In this document: piece after piece, positions 52,935-62,705 of the stretch
Layout: every line of letters starts with the position of its first letter
How positions within the stretch are numbered: the first letter of the stretch is position 1
Assembly (NCBI GenBank): GCA_034422455.1
Contig: DAOUJQ010000004.1
Span: forward strand, 45,737-109,736
DNA length: 64,000 nucleotides
Origin: Dehalococcoidia bacterium
GTDB lineage: Bacteria; Chloroflexota; Dehalococcoidia; Lucifugimonadales; UBA1127
Direction of reading: 5' to 3'
Made by a program: the position numbers and the translations under genes
Notes under the pieces: generated by a model
Told to the model about the DNA's origin: nothing
The model's database searches: none
Seen by the model: only the letters and a program-made list of their open reading frames with translations

Positions 52935-54341
52935 TCAGCGCCGCCTGCGCGCCTTCGCCTTCGCCTTCTTAAAAGCCCAGCCGTACATGATGCTCCCGTA
53001 GTAGTTGAACGTCCGCCTCGCCTGCGCGTCCTCGAAGGGGTAGTCGGCCCCCAGCTGCCGCGCCGTGGCCAGCCCGCTGACAAAGCAGGTCTCCTGGCTG
53101 TTGACCAGCGTGTGGGCGCCGCAGTGCCACGTCCGCCGCCTGCCCTGGATGAAGCGGAAGAGCTGGATGACCCACGCCACGTGGCGGACGTCGTGCACGA
53201 TGTGCTGGAACCACCACCGCTTGATCACCTTGTCGTCATCTATCCTGCTGACCGGGTTGTAGGTCACCAGGCACGGCTTGTCCGACCGTTTGGCCCACGG
53301 CTGCTGGTTGTGCATGATGTAGGTGATCTCGTAGTTGTCGGGCCGCGCGCCGTACTGCTCGACGTGGTTGCTGCGCGTCTCCAGCGCCCGCACCTCATCG
53401 TCGGGCAGCACGGAGGCGTCCGAGTGCACGACCGTGTGGTTGTGGAGCTCGCTCTCATAGCGGATCGACGAGAGGATGTACCGCTCCATGAACGAGGGCT
53501 TGTCGAGCGCCATCAGCGTCTGGTTGGCGTTGCACGCGAAAATCACCTCGTCAAACGCCTCCTCGACCCCGTCCTCGTCCTCCACCACGACATGCGTCCG
53601 ATGGCGGTGCACCTTCCTGACGGGCCGGTTGACGTAGATCTTGTCCCGAAAGCCCGCGGACAGGTTCTCGTAGATCCGCCGGGTCCCCTGGTCCCACGTC
53701 CGCATGGGCGTAGCCACCTCGATGTCGAAGAACTCCAGGTACCGGGAAAACAGCGACGCCGGCATGTCGAACACGTTGGTCGCCATGAGGAAGTTGACGA
53801 ACATGGGCTTGAGGACCTTGTACCTGAAGTCCGGGGACAGGCCCGCCACGTTGAGGACGGCGCCCATGCTGATGTAGTTGAAGGGGTTGAGGGCGTTCAC
53901 CAGCCTCGACTGGGAGCGGGTCAGCCGCCCGAACCAGTGCAAGCGCTTCAGGACCCGCTGGAACTTCGCGATGTCGTCCCGGAGCTGGCGCCTGATGTCG
54001 GAGTCGAAATCGTGGGCGTATATCTGGCCGCGGTACCTGACGCTGTAGTTGAACCTGGTCTCCAGCAGCTCGATGCCGAACTGCTCCATCAACAGCAGGA
54101 TGTGCTGGTACACCGACGGAATGAGGGCGGTGACGGAGATGTCGAAGGGGACCGAGCTGCCGTCATCCTGCGGCATGTCGGCGGTGATCGCGTTGCCGCC
54201 AATCCGGTCTTGCGCCTCGAACAGCCGGAAGTCAAACCGGTCCGGGTGTTGGCCCAACGCCCACGCGGCCCCAAGGCCCGAAACGCCTCCGCCGACGATG
54301 GCTATCCGCCTCGGCCCCGCTGCAGTCCCCGTTTTCGCCAT
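52935..54341 (-). CDS. NAD(P)/FAD-dependent oxidoreductase (amine-oxidase-like fold)
   Basis: 468-aa ORF with an N-terminal IAIVGGGVSGLGAAWAL...FEAQDRIGGNA dinucleotide-binding motif. Confidence 0.8.
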   Translation of the reverse strand: MAKTGTAAGPRRIAIVGGGVSGLGAAWALGQHPDRFDFRLFEAQDRIGGNAITADMPQDDGSSVPFDISVTALIPSVYQHILLLMEQFGIELLETRFNYSVRYRGQIYAHDFDSDIRRQLRDDIAKFQRVLKRLHWFGRLTRSQSRLVNALNPFNYISMGAVLNVAGLSPDFRYKVLKPMFVNFLMATNVFDMPASLFSRYLEFFDIEVATPMRTWDQGTRRIYENLSAGFRDKIYVNRPVRKVHRHRTHVVVEDEDGVEEAFDEVIFACNANQTLMALDKPSFMERYILSSIRYESELHNHTVVHSDASVLPDDEVRALETRSNHVEQYGARPDNYEITYIMHNQQPWAKRSDKPCLVTYNPVSRIDDDKVIKRWWFQHIVHDVRHVAWVIQLFRFIQGRRRTWHCGAHTLVNSQETCFVSGLATARQLGADYPFEDAQARRTFNYYGSIMYGWAFKKAKAKARRRR

Positions 54342-54572
54342 AACCTCGCAATCCTACTAGCATCGATTGCCGGTGGCTAGTGGAATGCCGACCACGCCGC
54401 CCTGGGCAGGGCCCCGATACGGCGAAGAACAACGCATGGCTGTTGTTGCTATAGCGCCAACGGTTGCTTAGAGTGTGTCATGTGCCGGCAGGCCGATGGC
54501 GAGCACGGCGCCAAGCCGCGACACCGTCAGCGGCCGGTGCGGCACGAACACAGCCGGACTGGGAAATGGCAG

Positions 54573-55319
54573 GTGAACGTGTTCAAATCGCTGGGACTTG
54601 GGCTGAAGGCAATCCTGGTGGCGGCAATTCTCCTCGCATACGCAGCCGCGTGCGGCTCGGACCCCGTCGAACCTACCCCCACGCCTGAACCCGAACTGTC
54701 CATGGAAGACCTGCTCGCCAGCGCCGGCGAGAAACTCGCCGCCATCACGACGGCCAAGTTCCGGATGAGCGACGAAACGCAGTCCGGCACAAAGTTCTTT
54801 GGCGCAACCCTCAAGACGGTCGAGGGGGACATCAGGTCCCCGGAGGCCGCCAGGATGGTGGTGGACGTTGAAGCGCCCGCGATGGGGTTTGTACAGATCG
54901 AAATAGTGGCAGTCGGCGAACAGGCCTTCATGAAGTTCTCGCGGGACGCGCCGTGGCTCCCCATCCCGCTGGACCAGGTGCCGTTCAACTTCGGAGGAAT
55001 AGGCGTCATCCTGAGCGAAATCCTCCCGGTCATGCAGGACCCCGCCATAACCGGCCGGGAGTCCATTGGCGACTTCCAGACAATCCGCATCGAGGGGAAC
55101 GTGCTGTCTGAAGACATGAGCGGCCTCATCTCATCGGTGGACCCCGGTCACCCAATCATCCTGACCTACTGGTTTGACGACGTGGAGCACACCATACGCC
55201 AGCTCAGAATCGACGGGCAGCTCTTCGACGACGACGCTCCTGAAACAACCCGCCTGGTGAACATGGAGATCAACGTCCCCGTAGACATCCAGCTCCCAGA
55301 GGTAGCCCCCGGGCCGTGA
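54573..55319 (+). CDS. LppX/LprAFG-family lipoprotein (LprG-like lipid-binding protein)
   Basis: GTG start at 54573 or 54579. Signal peptide with lipobox AAAC. The body fits the LprG-family pattern (KFRMSDETQ..., VEGDI...). Its stop overlaps the start of the MFS gene. Confidence 0.7.
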   Translation: MNVFKSLGLGLKAILVAAILLAYAAACGSDPVEPTPTPEPELSMEDLLASAGEKLAAITTAKFRMSDETQSGTKFFGATLKTVEGDIRSPEAARMVVDVEAPAMGFVQIEIVAVGEQAFMKFSRDAPWLPIPLDQVPFNFGGIGVILSEILPVMQDPAITGRESIGDFQTIRIEGNVLSEDMSGLISSVDPGHPIILTYWFDDVEHTIRQLRIDGQLFDDDAPETTRLVNMEINVPVDIQLPEVAPGP

Positions 55320-56788
55320 ACACAGCCAGGTCTCTCCTCACTTCTCTGCGGACTTCCGAGTCGGTTGTCCTAGGGATAATCTGCCTTGGAGTGTTCTCGA
55401 CTGCCCTCGACCAGACGGTCGTGGTCGCCGCGCTGCCCAGCGTCATGGTCGACCTGGAGATCCCACTCACGGACCTGGACCGGGCTTCCTGGATCGTCAC
55501 CGCGTACCTGATCAGCTACACCGTCGCGATGCCGCTGGCGGGCCGCCTGTCCGACGTCTACGGTCGCGTGAAGATGTTCCACGCGGCGCTGCTCCTCTTC
55601 GCCATCGGGTCGGCGCTGGTGGCGCTGGCGCCCAACTTCGAGTGGGTGGTGTCCGCCCGCATTCTGCAGGCCTTCGGGGGCGGCGCGACGGTACCCATCG
55701 GGCTGGCGATGGCGGTGGGCGTGGTGGCGCCGGAGAGGAGGGGCATTGCGCTCGGGCTCGTGGCCGCATCGGCGGAGGCCGGGTCTGTGCTGGGCCCCCT
55801 CTACGGGGGCGCGATAATCGAACTGCTTGGCTGGCGGTGGATCTTCTGGCTGGACGTGCCCCAGAGTTTCATCCTTATTGGCCTGCTGGCCGTTCTGCCC
55901 AACCGGGCCAACCCCGAGTCGAGAATGGACTACTTTGGGGCAGTGATCCTCGGGGCAGCCCTCACCCTGTTGTCCATAGGACTGGCGCAACGGAGCATCT
56001 TCTCCGGGGAGGCGATCTTCCCGTATTTCCTGATCGGCGGCGGCGTCCTCCTGGTCCTCCTGTTGATCGTGATGGAGAAGCGCGCCGAGCAGCCGTTGCT
56101 GGCGTCCTTCCTCTACACGTCCCGGGCGTTCCTGTCCTCCAACATCGCCCAGTTCTTCGTGGGTGTGGCCCTGATCATTTCCCTGGTCGCTGTGCCCCTG
56201 ATGGCGGCGACGGTCATGGAACGCGGGGCGTGGGAGAGCGCCCTCCACCTGTTCCGGTTGACGGTCGCCATACCGGTCGGCGCCGTTGTCGGAGGCTACA
56301 TCCTGCGCCTCACCGGCGTGCGGGCGGTGTGCATAACCGGCCTCGCGTTTGTGGGAGCGGGGCTGCTGGTCATGAGCGGCTGGGAGACCGAGGTGGACCA
56401 GTTCCGGTTGACGGCGCCCCTGGTCACGACAGGCCTCGGGTTCGGGCTGGTCATTCCGGCGATAACGGTCAGCGCACTGAGCGCCGCTCCCAGCGACTAC
56501 TGGGGCGCCGCGGCCTCACTGGTCACCGCGGCGCGGATGGTCGGCATGGCGCTGGGGCTCGCCGCGTTGTCGGCGTGGGGCATCGAGCGATTCTACACCC
56601 TGACCGCCCACGTGACGGTCGGTGCGACGTATGAAGAGACCGAAGCCCCACTGATCGAGGCCGGCGTAACGGTGTTCCAGAACCTGTTCATGATATCCGG
56701 ATTTCTGGCGCTCATCGCCATTCTTCCGGCCCTGATGATGCGGGTGGAGGACTCGGGCGAGGCAGAGGGCTCCAGGCCCTTCATCTAG
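55316..56788 (+). CDS. MFS transporter, 14-TM DHA2/EmrB-like
   Basis: 490-aa hydrophobic ORF with MFS motif A-like GRLSDVYGR. GTGA start/stop overlap with the lipoprotein gene. Confidence 0.85.
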   Translation: MNTARSLLTSLRTSESVVLGIICLGVFSTALDQTVVVAALPSVMVDLEIPLTDLDRASWIVTAYLISYTVAMPLAGRLSDVYGRVKMFHAALLLFAIGSALVALAPNFEWVVSARILQAFGGGATVPIGLAMAVGVVAPERRGIALGLVAASAEAGSVLGPLYGGAIIELLGWRWIFWLDVPQSFILIGLLAVLPNRANPESRMDYFGAVILGAALTLLSIGLAQRSIFSGEAIFPYFLIGGGVLLVLLLIVMEKRAEQPLLASFLYTSRAFLSSNIAQFFVGVALIISLVAVPLMAATVMERGAWESALHLFRLTVAIPVGAVVGGYILRLTGVRAVCITGLAFVGAGLLVMSGWETEVDQFRLTAPLVTTGLGFGLVIPAITVSALSAAPSDYWGAAASLVTAARMVGMALGLAALSAWGIERFYTLTAHVTVGATYEETEAPLIEAGVTVFQNLFMISGFLALIAILPALMMRVEDSGEAEGSRPFI

Positions 56789-56806
56789 TCCGCCGGGAGA
56801 GCATGG

Positions 56807-57955
56807 TTGGAGTTTGAGTCCGTGCGCCTTGACCGCGTCGAGTTCGCCGCCGTCGACGTGACGCCGAGGACGACGTGGACGTTCGCGCGGATGTGGGACG
56901 CCGCCGGCGCTCCCGCCGAGGTGGAGATCACCTGCGCGGAGCTGACCCCCCGCGTGGCCGAGCTAGTCTCCGCTGCCGCCGCACATCTCCGCAGCAGCCC
57001 CATCGCGACGGAAGCGGACGTCCCACGCCTGCTGGATTGGGACGAGCGCGAGCTGCGCCGGGACCTGGCAAGGGCAACGGCGGTCAGCGCGTTGCGCACG
57101 GGCGCGTCCATCCTCCAGGCGGTCCGGAGCGGGGTCAGCCTCACAGAGGCGCTCGGCGGCGGGCTGCCCCAGAGCGTTCAACTCTACGCGAACATCAACC
57201 GGGGTCTCTTTGCGTCGCAGCGAACGCCGCATGAGTTTGGCACGGCTGCGGCGCGGGCCGTCGCGGAGGGGTTCGGCGCGGTGAAGTGCGCCCCGTTCGA
57301 CGAGGTTGCGCCCGGCACCCCCACCGACGACGCAATCCGGCTGGCCCGCTCCGGCATCGAACGCGTCTCCGCGATACGGGACGCCATCGGACTCGACGTG
57401 GCCCTCATGGTCGACTGCCACAGCCGGTTCGACGTGGAGTCCGCCGTGGCGGTGGCCGGGGAGCTGGCCGCGCTCGGCGTCTCCTGGTTCGAGGAGCCGG
57501 TCGATCCCGCGACCGAGCTGGAGGGCACGGCGCGCATCGCCGCCCGCGTGCCGATGCTCGTCGCGGGCGGGGAGCACGGGTACGGCGAGGAGTGGTACGC
57601 GAAGCTTGCAGCCGACGCCGGAGTGCGCGTGATCATGCCGGACGTGAAGTTCTGCGGAGGCGCCGCCGAGGCAGTCCGCGCCGGCAAGGCCGCAGCGGCC
57701 TCGGGCGGCGGCACGTCGCTGCACTGCCCGTCGGGGCCGGTTTCGCTGCTCACGAGCGCCCACGTCACAGCGGCCATCCCCGGGGCGCTCCGGCTGGAGT
57801 ACGCGGTGTACGAGGCGGACTGGCGGGCTGAGCTAATGCTGCCGAGGGAGAACGTCGTGGACGGGCGGCTGCGCCTGACCGACGGCGCCGGGCTTGGGGC
57901 AGGACTCGACTGGGACTTGCTGCGCCGCATCGGGCGGGTGTGGAGCGGTGACTGA
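56807..57955 (+). CDS. Enolase-superfamily enzyme (mandelate racemase / muconate lactonizing enzyme family)
   Basis: 382-aa ORF with metal-ligand contexts VDCHSRF, WFEEP and AGGE, plus PDVKFCGG. TTG start follows GGGAGAG. Confidence 0.8.
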   Translation: MEFESVRLDRVEFAAVDVTPRTTWTFARMWDAAGAPAEVEITCAELTPRVAELVSAAAAHLRSSPIATEADVPRLLDWDERELRRDLARATAVSALRTGASILQAVRSGVSLTEALGGGLPQSVQLYANINRGLFASQRTPHEFGTAAARAVAEGFGAVKCAPFDEVAPGTPTDDAIRLARSGIERVSAIRDAIGLDVALMVDCHSRFDVESAVAVAGELAALGVSWFEEPVDPATELEGTARIAARVPMLVAGGEHGYGEEWYAKLAADAGVRVIMPDVKFCGGAAEAVRAGKAAAASGGGTSLHCPSGPVSLLTSAHVTAAIPGALRLEYAVYEADWRAELMLPRENVVDGRLRLTDGAGLGAGLDWDLLRRIGRVWSGD

Positions 57956-57988
57956 GGCGCGTGGCGGGGTGAGCGGCCCCTCCCCACG

Positions 57989-58094
57989 CCGCCCCTCTAG
58001 GTTCCCCTGCCTTCGCAGGGGCAGGCTCTGCCTCCGCAGGAACGACGGAAGAGGGGGATCAGGGCGACCCTTCGACAGGGCTCAGGGCGAACGG
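57989..58094. repeat. RepC (double) and RepB copies in reverse orientation between convergent genes
   Basis: 57989-58048 (CCGCCCCTCTAGGTTCCCCTGCCTTCGCAGGGGCAGGCTCTGCCTCCGCAGGAACGACGG) resembles the reverse complement of 50577-50632. 58063-58094 (GGGCGACCCTTCGACAGGGCTCAGGGCGAACGG) is a RepB copy. Confidence 0.75.
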
Positions 58095-58100
58095 ATTCGC

Positions 58101-60545
58101 TCACTGAACCGTGTCGACCCACAGGCGCTCGCCGTCCGTCGTGAAGGTCACCGCGCCGTCTTCCGCCGTGACGTAGACGTTGTCCTCGCCTGCCAGGGCG
58201 TTGAGCCGCTCCATGACCTCGTCCGCCGGGTGGCCGAACTTGTTGTCGATGCCCGCGCTGACGACCACGGCCTCGGGGTCGACGGCGTCGAGGAACGCCT
58301 GCGACGAGGACGTGGCGGAGCCATGATGCGCCGCCTTCAAGACGGTCGCCCGCAGGGGGGCGTCGCTCGCGAGCAGCGTCGCCTCGGCGTAGGCGTGAAT
58401 GTCGGCAGGGAGCAGGAAGGACACCTCGCCGTATGCGATGCGGAGCGTGACACCGCTGTTGTTGCGGAGGTCGGGCGTCCACGACGGCAGACCGGGCGGC
58501 GGGTTCAGCACGCTCATGACGACGCCGTCGCCGGTCCGCCAATCCTGCCCCGCGAACGCTTCAAGCGCCTCGACGTCCGGCTCGCCCGCGACCAGCCGAC
58601 GCCACGAGGCGTACTGCCCGGACGTCGAGGCGACGCCGGTCTCGGCGACCCGCGCGACATCGTAGCGCTCGAGCACGGAGACGAGGCCGTTGAGGTGGTC
58701 GGCGTCCGGGTGGGTCAGCACCACGAGGTCCAGCGTGCGATCCCAGAAGGGCATCACACGGCCGAGCTCACGCTGCATCGCCTCCGGGTCCGGACCGCCG
58801 TCCACGAGCATCTGCACACCGGAGGGCGTCTGGATGAAGATGGCGTCGCCCTGTCCGACGTCCAAGAAGGCGACGGTGAGACGGCCATCGGGCGTGGTTG
58901 CGGCGGCGGTCCAGACGACGGCGCAGGCGAGCAGCAGCGCGACGGCCGCCAACCGCAGGCGTCCGCGGCCAGAAGTTGCGCGAGCGGCCGTCGAAGGTGA
59001 CGGTGCATCGTCGCCGTCCTCCCACCGGCGGAGGCCGTAGGCGAGGCCGGCCAGCAGCGCGTAGTAGCCCCAGACCATGGCAGGGGTGACGCCGCCAAGC
59101 TCCAGCAGGCCGCCGGGCAGTCGAGCGACGCCGCCGACCACGGCAAGCACGTACGACAGGGGCACCCAGGCCACCCATCCCGCCGCGACGCCCAGGGGCG
59201 TCCAGAGCAGTCCCGCCACTGCGGCAACACCCGACGCCGCCAGCGCAAGCGGCAGCGCGGGCAGGGCGAGCAGCGTCGCGGGGATGCCGACGTAGGAGAC
59301 GCGCTCGAAGGCGAGGGCGACGAGGGGCAGCGTGCCCAGCGTCGCGGCGATGCCCGCGGCTGTTGCGCCGGACGCGGCACGGCCCAGCGACACGGGTGGG
59401 CCGTCGTCGCCGGTGATGCGGGCTGCCGCACGGGACAGCCGCGCCTCCAGAGGCGAGGCCAGCAGGAGCAACCCGGCGACGGCGGTGAAGCTGAGCTGGA
59501 AAGAAATGCTCGTCAGCACGCGCGGGTTGAGGGCGGTCATGACGGCGGCCGCGGCGGCGAGCGCGGGCAGGCTCGCGCCTTCGCGACCCAACGCGCGGCC
59601 GAACAGGAAGACGCTGCCCATGATCGCCGCCCGGGTGACGGAGGGCGACATCCCGCTGACGAGGGCGTAGGCCCATATCGCAAGGAGCGCCAGCAGCAAG
59701 GGCCATCGCGCGCCGCCGAACGCGAGCCGCCCGAGCGCCAGGGCCGCGCCGAGGGCGATGGCCACGTGCAGGCCGGAGATGGCGAGGAGGTGGCTCGTGC
59801 CCGTCTCGATGAAGTCCTGCCGCACCTCGTCGGGCAGGCCGCGGCGCTGCCCCAGCAGCAGCGAACTCGCCAGCGCCGACGCGGGCTCCGGCAGGCTGCG
59901 CTGGAGGCTTGCCGAGAGATGGGATCGGACCGCGTAGACGCCTTCCAGCAGCCTGTTGCCTCGCCCCTCGTCCACGAGGGCGAGCGTTGGGAAGCGGGAG
60001 ACCGCGCCGACGCCCTGGCGGGCGAGGTACTCGCGGTAATCGAAGTCGTCAAAGACGGGCGGCGGCTCGACGGCGCCGGTGAGGGCGAGACGGTCGCCGT
60101 AGCGGACGTGCGGGGCCTCGCGACCGGCGGCCAAGTCCGCGCCGGGGCGGGCCGTCACCTGCACGCGGCCATCGATTGGCTGCCAGCCGTCGCCGGTCTC
60201 CCACAGCAGGTCACGGAGCTGGAAGCGGTAGGAGACGCCGTCGCGCTCCGGGTCCGTCGCGACCGTGCCCTCGAACGTGACCGCATCCTCCACGAACAGC
60301 GGCGCAAGGCCGGCGTCGACATCCTGATGAAAGGCGCGCCCGCCCCACCAGGCGCCGGTCGCGAGGAGGATGGCCGCAGCGCAGCCCGCGATAATCAGGC
60401 CGCGCCGTCTTGCGTACAGGGCCGCCGCCGACCATAGCGCCGCGCCAGCGACGCCCCAGAGCGCCAGCACCGCGGGCGGCAGGTTGACCTGCTGGCCGAG
60501 CAGGAGACCGCACACCCACGCGGCGGCCAGCGCCGTCAGCGTCAT
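58101..60545 (-). CDS. comEC: DNA internalization competence protein ComEC/Rec2 (with C-terminal metallo-beta-lactamase domain)
   Basis: 814-aa ORF. Polytopic N-terminal competence domain with SHLLAISGLH, and a C-terminal MBL domain (VLTHPDADH). Confidence 0.88.
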   Translation of the reverse strand: MTLTALAAAWVCGLLLGQQVNLPPAVLALWGVAGAALWSAAALYARRRGLIIAGCAAAILLATGAWWGGRAFHQDVDAGLAPLFVEDAVTFEGTVATDPERDGVSYRFQLRDLLWETGDGWQPIDGRVQVTARPGADLAAGREAPHVRYGDRLALTGAVEPPPVFDDFDYREYLARQGVGAVSRFPTLALVDEGRGNRLLEGVYAVRSHLSASLQRSLPEPASALASSLLLGQRRGLPDEVRQDFIETGTSHLLAISGLHVAIALGAALALGRLAFGGARWPLLLALLAIWAYALVSGMSPSVTRAAIMGSVFLFGRALGREGASLPALAAAAAVMTALNPRVLTSISFQLSFTAVAGLLLLASPLEARLSRAAARITGDDGPPVSLGRAASGATAAGIAATLGTLPLVALAFERVSYVGIPATLLALPALPLALAASGVAAVAGLLWTPLGVAAGWVAWVPLSYVLAVVGGVARLPGGLLELGGVTPAMVWGYYALLAGLAYGLRRWEDGDDAPSPSTAARATSGRGRLRLAAVALLLACAVVWTAAATTPDGRLTVAFLDVGQGDAIFIQTPSGVQMLVDGGPDPEAMQRELGRVMPFWDRTLDLVVLTHPDADHLNGLVSVLERYDVARVAETGVASTSGQYASWRRLVAGEPDVEALEAFAGQDWRTGDGVVMSVLNPPPGLPSWTPDLRNNSGVTLRIAYGEVSFLLPADIHAYAEATLLASDAPLRATVLKAAHHGSATSSSQAFLDAVDPEAVVVSAGIDNKFGHPADEVMERLNALAGEDNVYVTAEDGAVTFTTDGERLWVDTVQ

Positions 60546-60554
60546 GCCAGGCGG

Positions 60555-61310
60555 CTACCGGACCACGTGAGTGGAGCGCACGGGCTGCGGGGATATGGTG
60601 ACGGCGATCTCGCCGCTACGGTGGCCGAGGTACTGGTAGACCGTGAAGTCGCGCGCGCCGGTCAGGTACTCGATGGTCCCGTCGTCGTGCAGGCGGAAGG
60701 GGCGGTCGTGGCCGGGGTAGAAGATGGTGGCGTTGTCGATGAGTTTGCGGACGCTCTGGGCCGCCGTCTCCTCGTCCCAGAAGACGAGGAATGGCACCCC
60801 AGTCTCGACGCAGTCGGCGGCGGTGAGGGCGTCGCCGGTGATGGCGACGTTGCCGGCAGGGGTCTCGGCGACGACGGAGACGTGGCCGCGGGAGTGGCCC
60901 GGCGTGCCGAGGATGCGTACGCCGGGGGCCAACTCCTGGCCGTCGGCGACGGCGAGCACGTCGCGGCGGCTGAGCATGTCGAGGAAATAGCCAGACGTGG
61001 CCCAGTCCGTTGGGTGCGGGTCCCTGGCGTACTCAAGCTCGTCGGCGCCGACGGCCACCTGCGCGTTCTTGAAGATGTCCACGTTCTGGACGTGATCCCA
61101 GTGGGCGTGGGTGAGGACAACCAAGTCAACGTCATTGGGCGAGACGCCGCGCTCGGCGAGGGCGCTCATCAGCAGCATCCGCCGGCCGTGGTGGGCGGTG
61201 TCGACGACGATCGTCCTGTCGCCGCGGATGAGGCCCACGGTGCAGAACCCCAAGCGGCCCTGGTCCGTGTGTGACGTGAACCCCGTCAGTATGAGCTCAA
61301 CCTCCGGCAT
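60555..61310 (-). CDS. Metallo-beta-lactamase-fold hydrolase
   Basis: 251-aa ORF with an HxHxDH motif (LTHAHWDHV). It sits between comEA and comEC on the same strand. Confidence 0.85.
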   Translation of the reverse strand: MPEVELILTGFTSHTDQGRLGFCTVGLIRGDRTIVVDTAHHGRRMLLMSALAERGVSPNDVDLVVLTHAHWDHVQNVDIFKNAQVAVGADELEYARDPHPTDWATSGYFLDMLSRRDVLAVADGQELAPGVRILGTPGHSRGHVSVVAETPAGNVAITGDALTAADCVETGVPFLVFWDEETAAQSVRKLIDNATIFYPGHDRPFRLHDDGTIEYLTGARDFTVYQYLGHRSGEIAVTISPQPVRSTHVVR

Positions 61311-61331
61311 GTCATCCCCCTTGCTGCTTTG

Positions 61332-61946
61332 CTATCGCACCGTGACGTGATCCCTGATCCCTTCGAGGGTAGCCGGGCCGATCCCCGGCACCTGCAGCAG
61401 TTCTTCGACACTGGAGTACCGGCCCAGTGTCTCCCTGTACTCGACGATGGCCTCCGCCTTGACCTTGCCGACGCCCGGAAGCGACTCGAGTTCATGGGCC
61501 GTGGCGGCGTTCAGGTCAAGAAGGCCGGTCTGCCCCGCCGCGCCGGACTGTGACGTCACGGGCGGCGTCTCACCTACGGCCGGGACGTAGAAGTGGCCTT
61601 CGTCACGAAGCCGGAGCGCCAAGTTCAGGCCGGAGACATCGGCGTCACCGGCGGGGCCGCCGGCCATGCGCAGGAGGTCGTCAAGGCGGTCGCCGTCGTC
61701 AAACGTGTAGACGCCGGGTCGGTTGACCGCTCCGGCGATGTACGCCCGCAGGGCCGGCGTCGGCGTGGCCTCCGGCAGCGTCACCTCCACGCCGCTCCCC
61801 GCTTCCCGCTGCACCAGCAACGCAACCCCGCCCGCAAGGGCCAGCATGAAGAGGAGGACCAGGACGAGGGGCATCCACCGGTCAACGCCCCGGCCGCTCC
61901 CCGGCTTCTCCTGTGCCAAACGCGCGCTCCCAGGTTGCGCGGGCAT
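61332..61946 (-). CDS. comEA: ComEA-family DNA-binding protein (TM anchor, SLBB-like region, helix-hairpin-helix)
   Basis: C-terminal LNAATAHELESLPGVGKVKAEAIVEYR...LLQVPGIGPATLEGI tandem HhH motifs, plus an N-terminal TM segment. Confidence 0.85.
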   Translation of the reverse strand: MPAQPGSARLAQEKPGSGRGVDRWMPLVLVLLFMLALAGGVALLVQREAGSGVEVTLPEATPTPALRAYIAGAVNRPGVYTFDDGDRLDDLLRMAGGPAGDADVSGLNLALRLRDEGHFYVPAVGETPPVTSQSGAAGQTGLLDLNAATAHELESLPGVGKVKAEAIVEYRETLGRYSSVEELLQVPGIGPATLEGIRDHVTVR

Positions 61947-62026
61947 TGTACCACCGCGGGGCGTCCCCAGGTGCTTGAAAACACGTCGTGGGCTACACTA
62001 GGGCCATCCAACTGGCTGGAGGGACC

Positions 62027-62626
62027 ATGACGACCGATGCAACCCCGCCGATGGAGGACCGGGGCAAGCTGCTGACACAAGCGATCGACGCGATGCGCGC
62101 CGTCGCCGCCAACGTGAGCGGCGACCAGTGGGACGCGCAATCGCCCTGCACGGAGTGGACGGCCCGGGGCGTGGTCAACCACGTCGTGGGTGGCGCGTCC
62201 ATGCTCGCGGCGCTGTTCGAGGGGAAGACGTGGGAAGAGGCCTCGGGCGGCAGCCGGGGCATACCGGAGGGCGGCGACCCACTGGCCGCGCTCGACGAGG
62301 CGGCCGGGGCTGCCAAGGAAGCGGTATCGCAGCCCGGCGCGATGGAGCAGACCCTGAACTTCGCGCGCGGGCCGATGCCCGGCTCTGGGTTTGCGACGCT
62401 GATGTTCACGGACATCCTCATCCACGCCTGGGACCTGGCGAAGGCCACCGGACAGGACGCGACGCTCCCGGCGGACCTGGTCGAGGCGTCCTACGCCATC
62501 GTGCTGCCGCGAAAGGGGCAGATGCCGCAGCCGGCGTTCGCACCCGAGGTGGACGTGGCGGAGGACGCGGACACGCAGACCAAGCTGCTGGGCATGCTGG
62601 GGCGCGACGCGAACTGGACGGCGTAG
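62027..62626 (+). CDS. DinB-like / mycothiol-maleylpyruvate-isomerase N-terminal-domain family protein
   Basis: Start ATG 62027 follows GGAGGGA. SPCTEWTARGVVNHVVGG... and ILIHAWDLAKATG are typical of the TIGR03086-type family. Confidence 0.7.
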   Translation: MTTDATPPMEDRGKLLTQAIDAMRAVAANVSGDQWDAQSPCTEWTARGVVNHVVGGASMLAALFEGKTWEEASGGSRGIPEGGDPLAALDEAAGAAKEAVSQPGAMEQTLNFARGPMPGSGFATLMFTDILIHAWDLAKATGQDATLPADLVEASYAIVLPRKGQMPQPAFAPEVDVAEDADTQTKLLGMLGRDANWTA

Positions 62627-62705
62627 GGCGGGGGCGCGCCGCCCCCTGCCTACCAGCTCTCGACGCCATCCCGATGCACCGCAGAGCCGTCGCTTCTTGC
62701 GGCTC

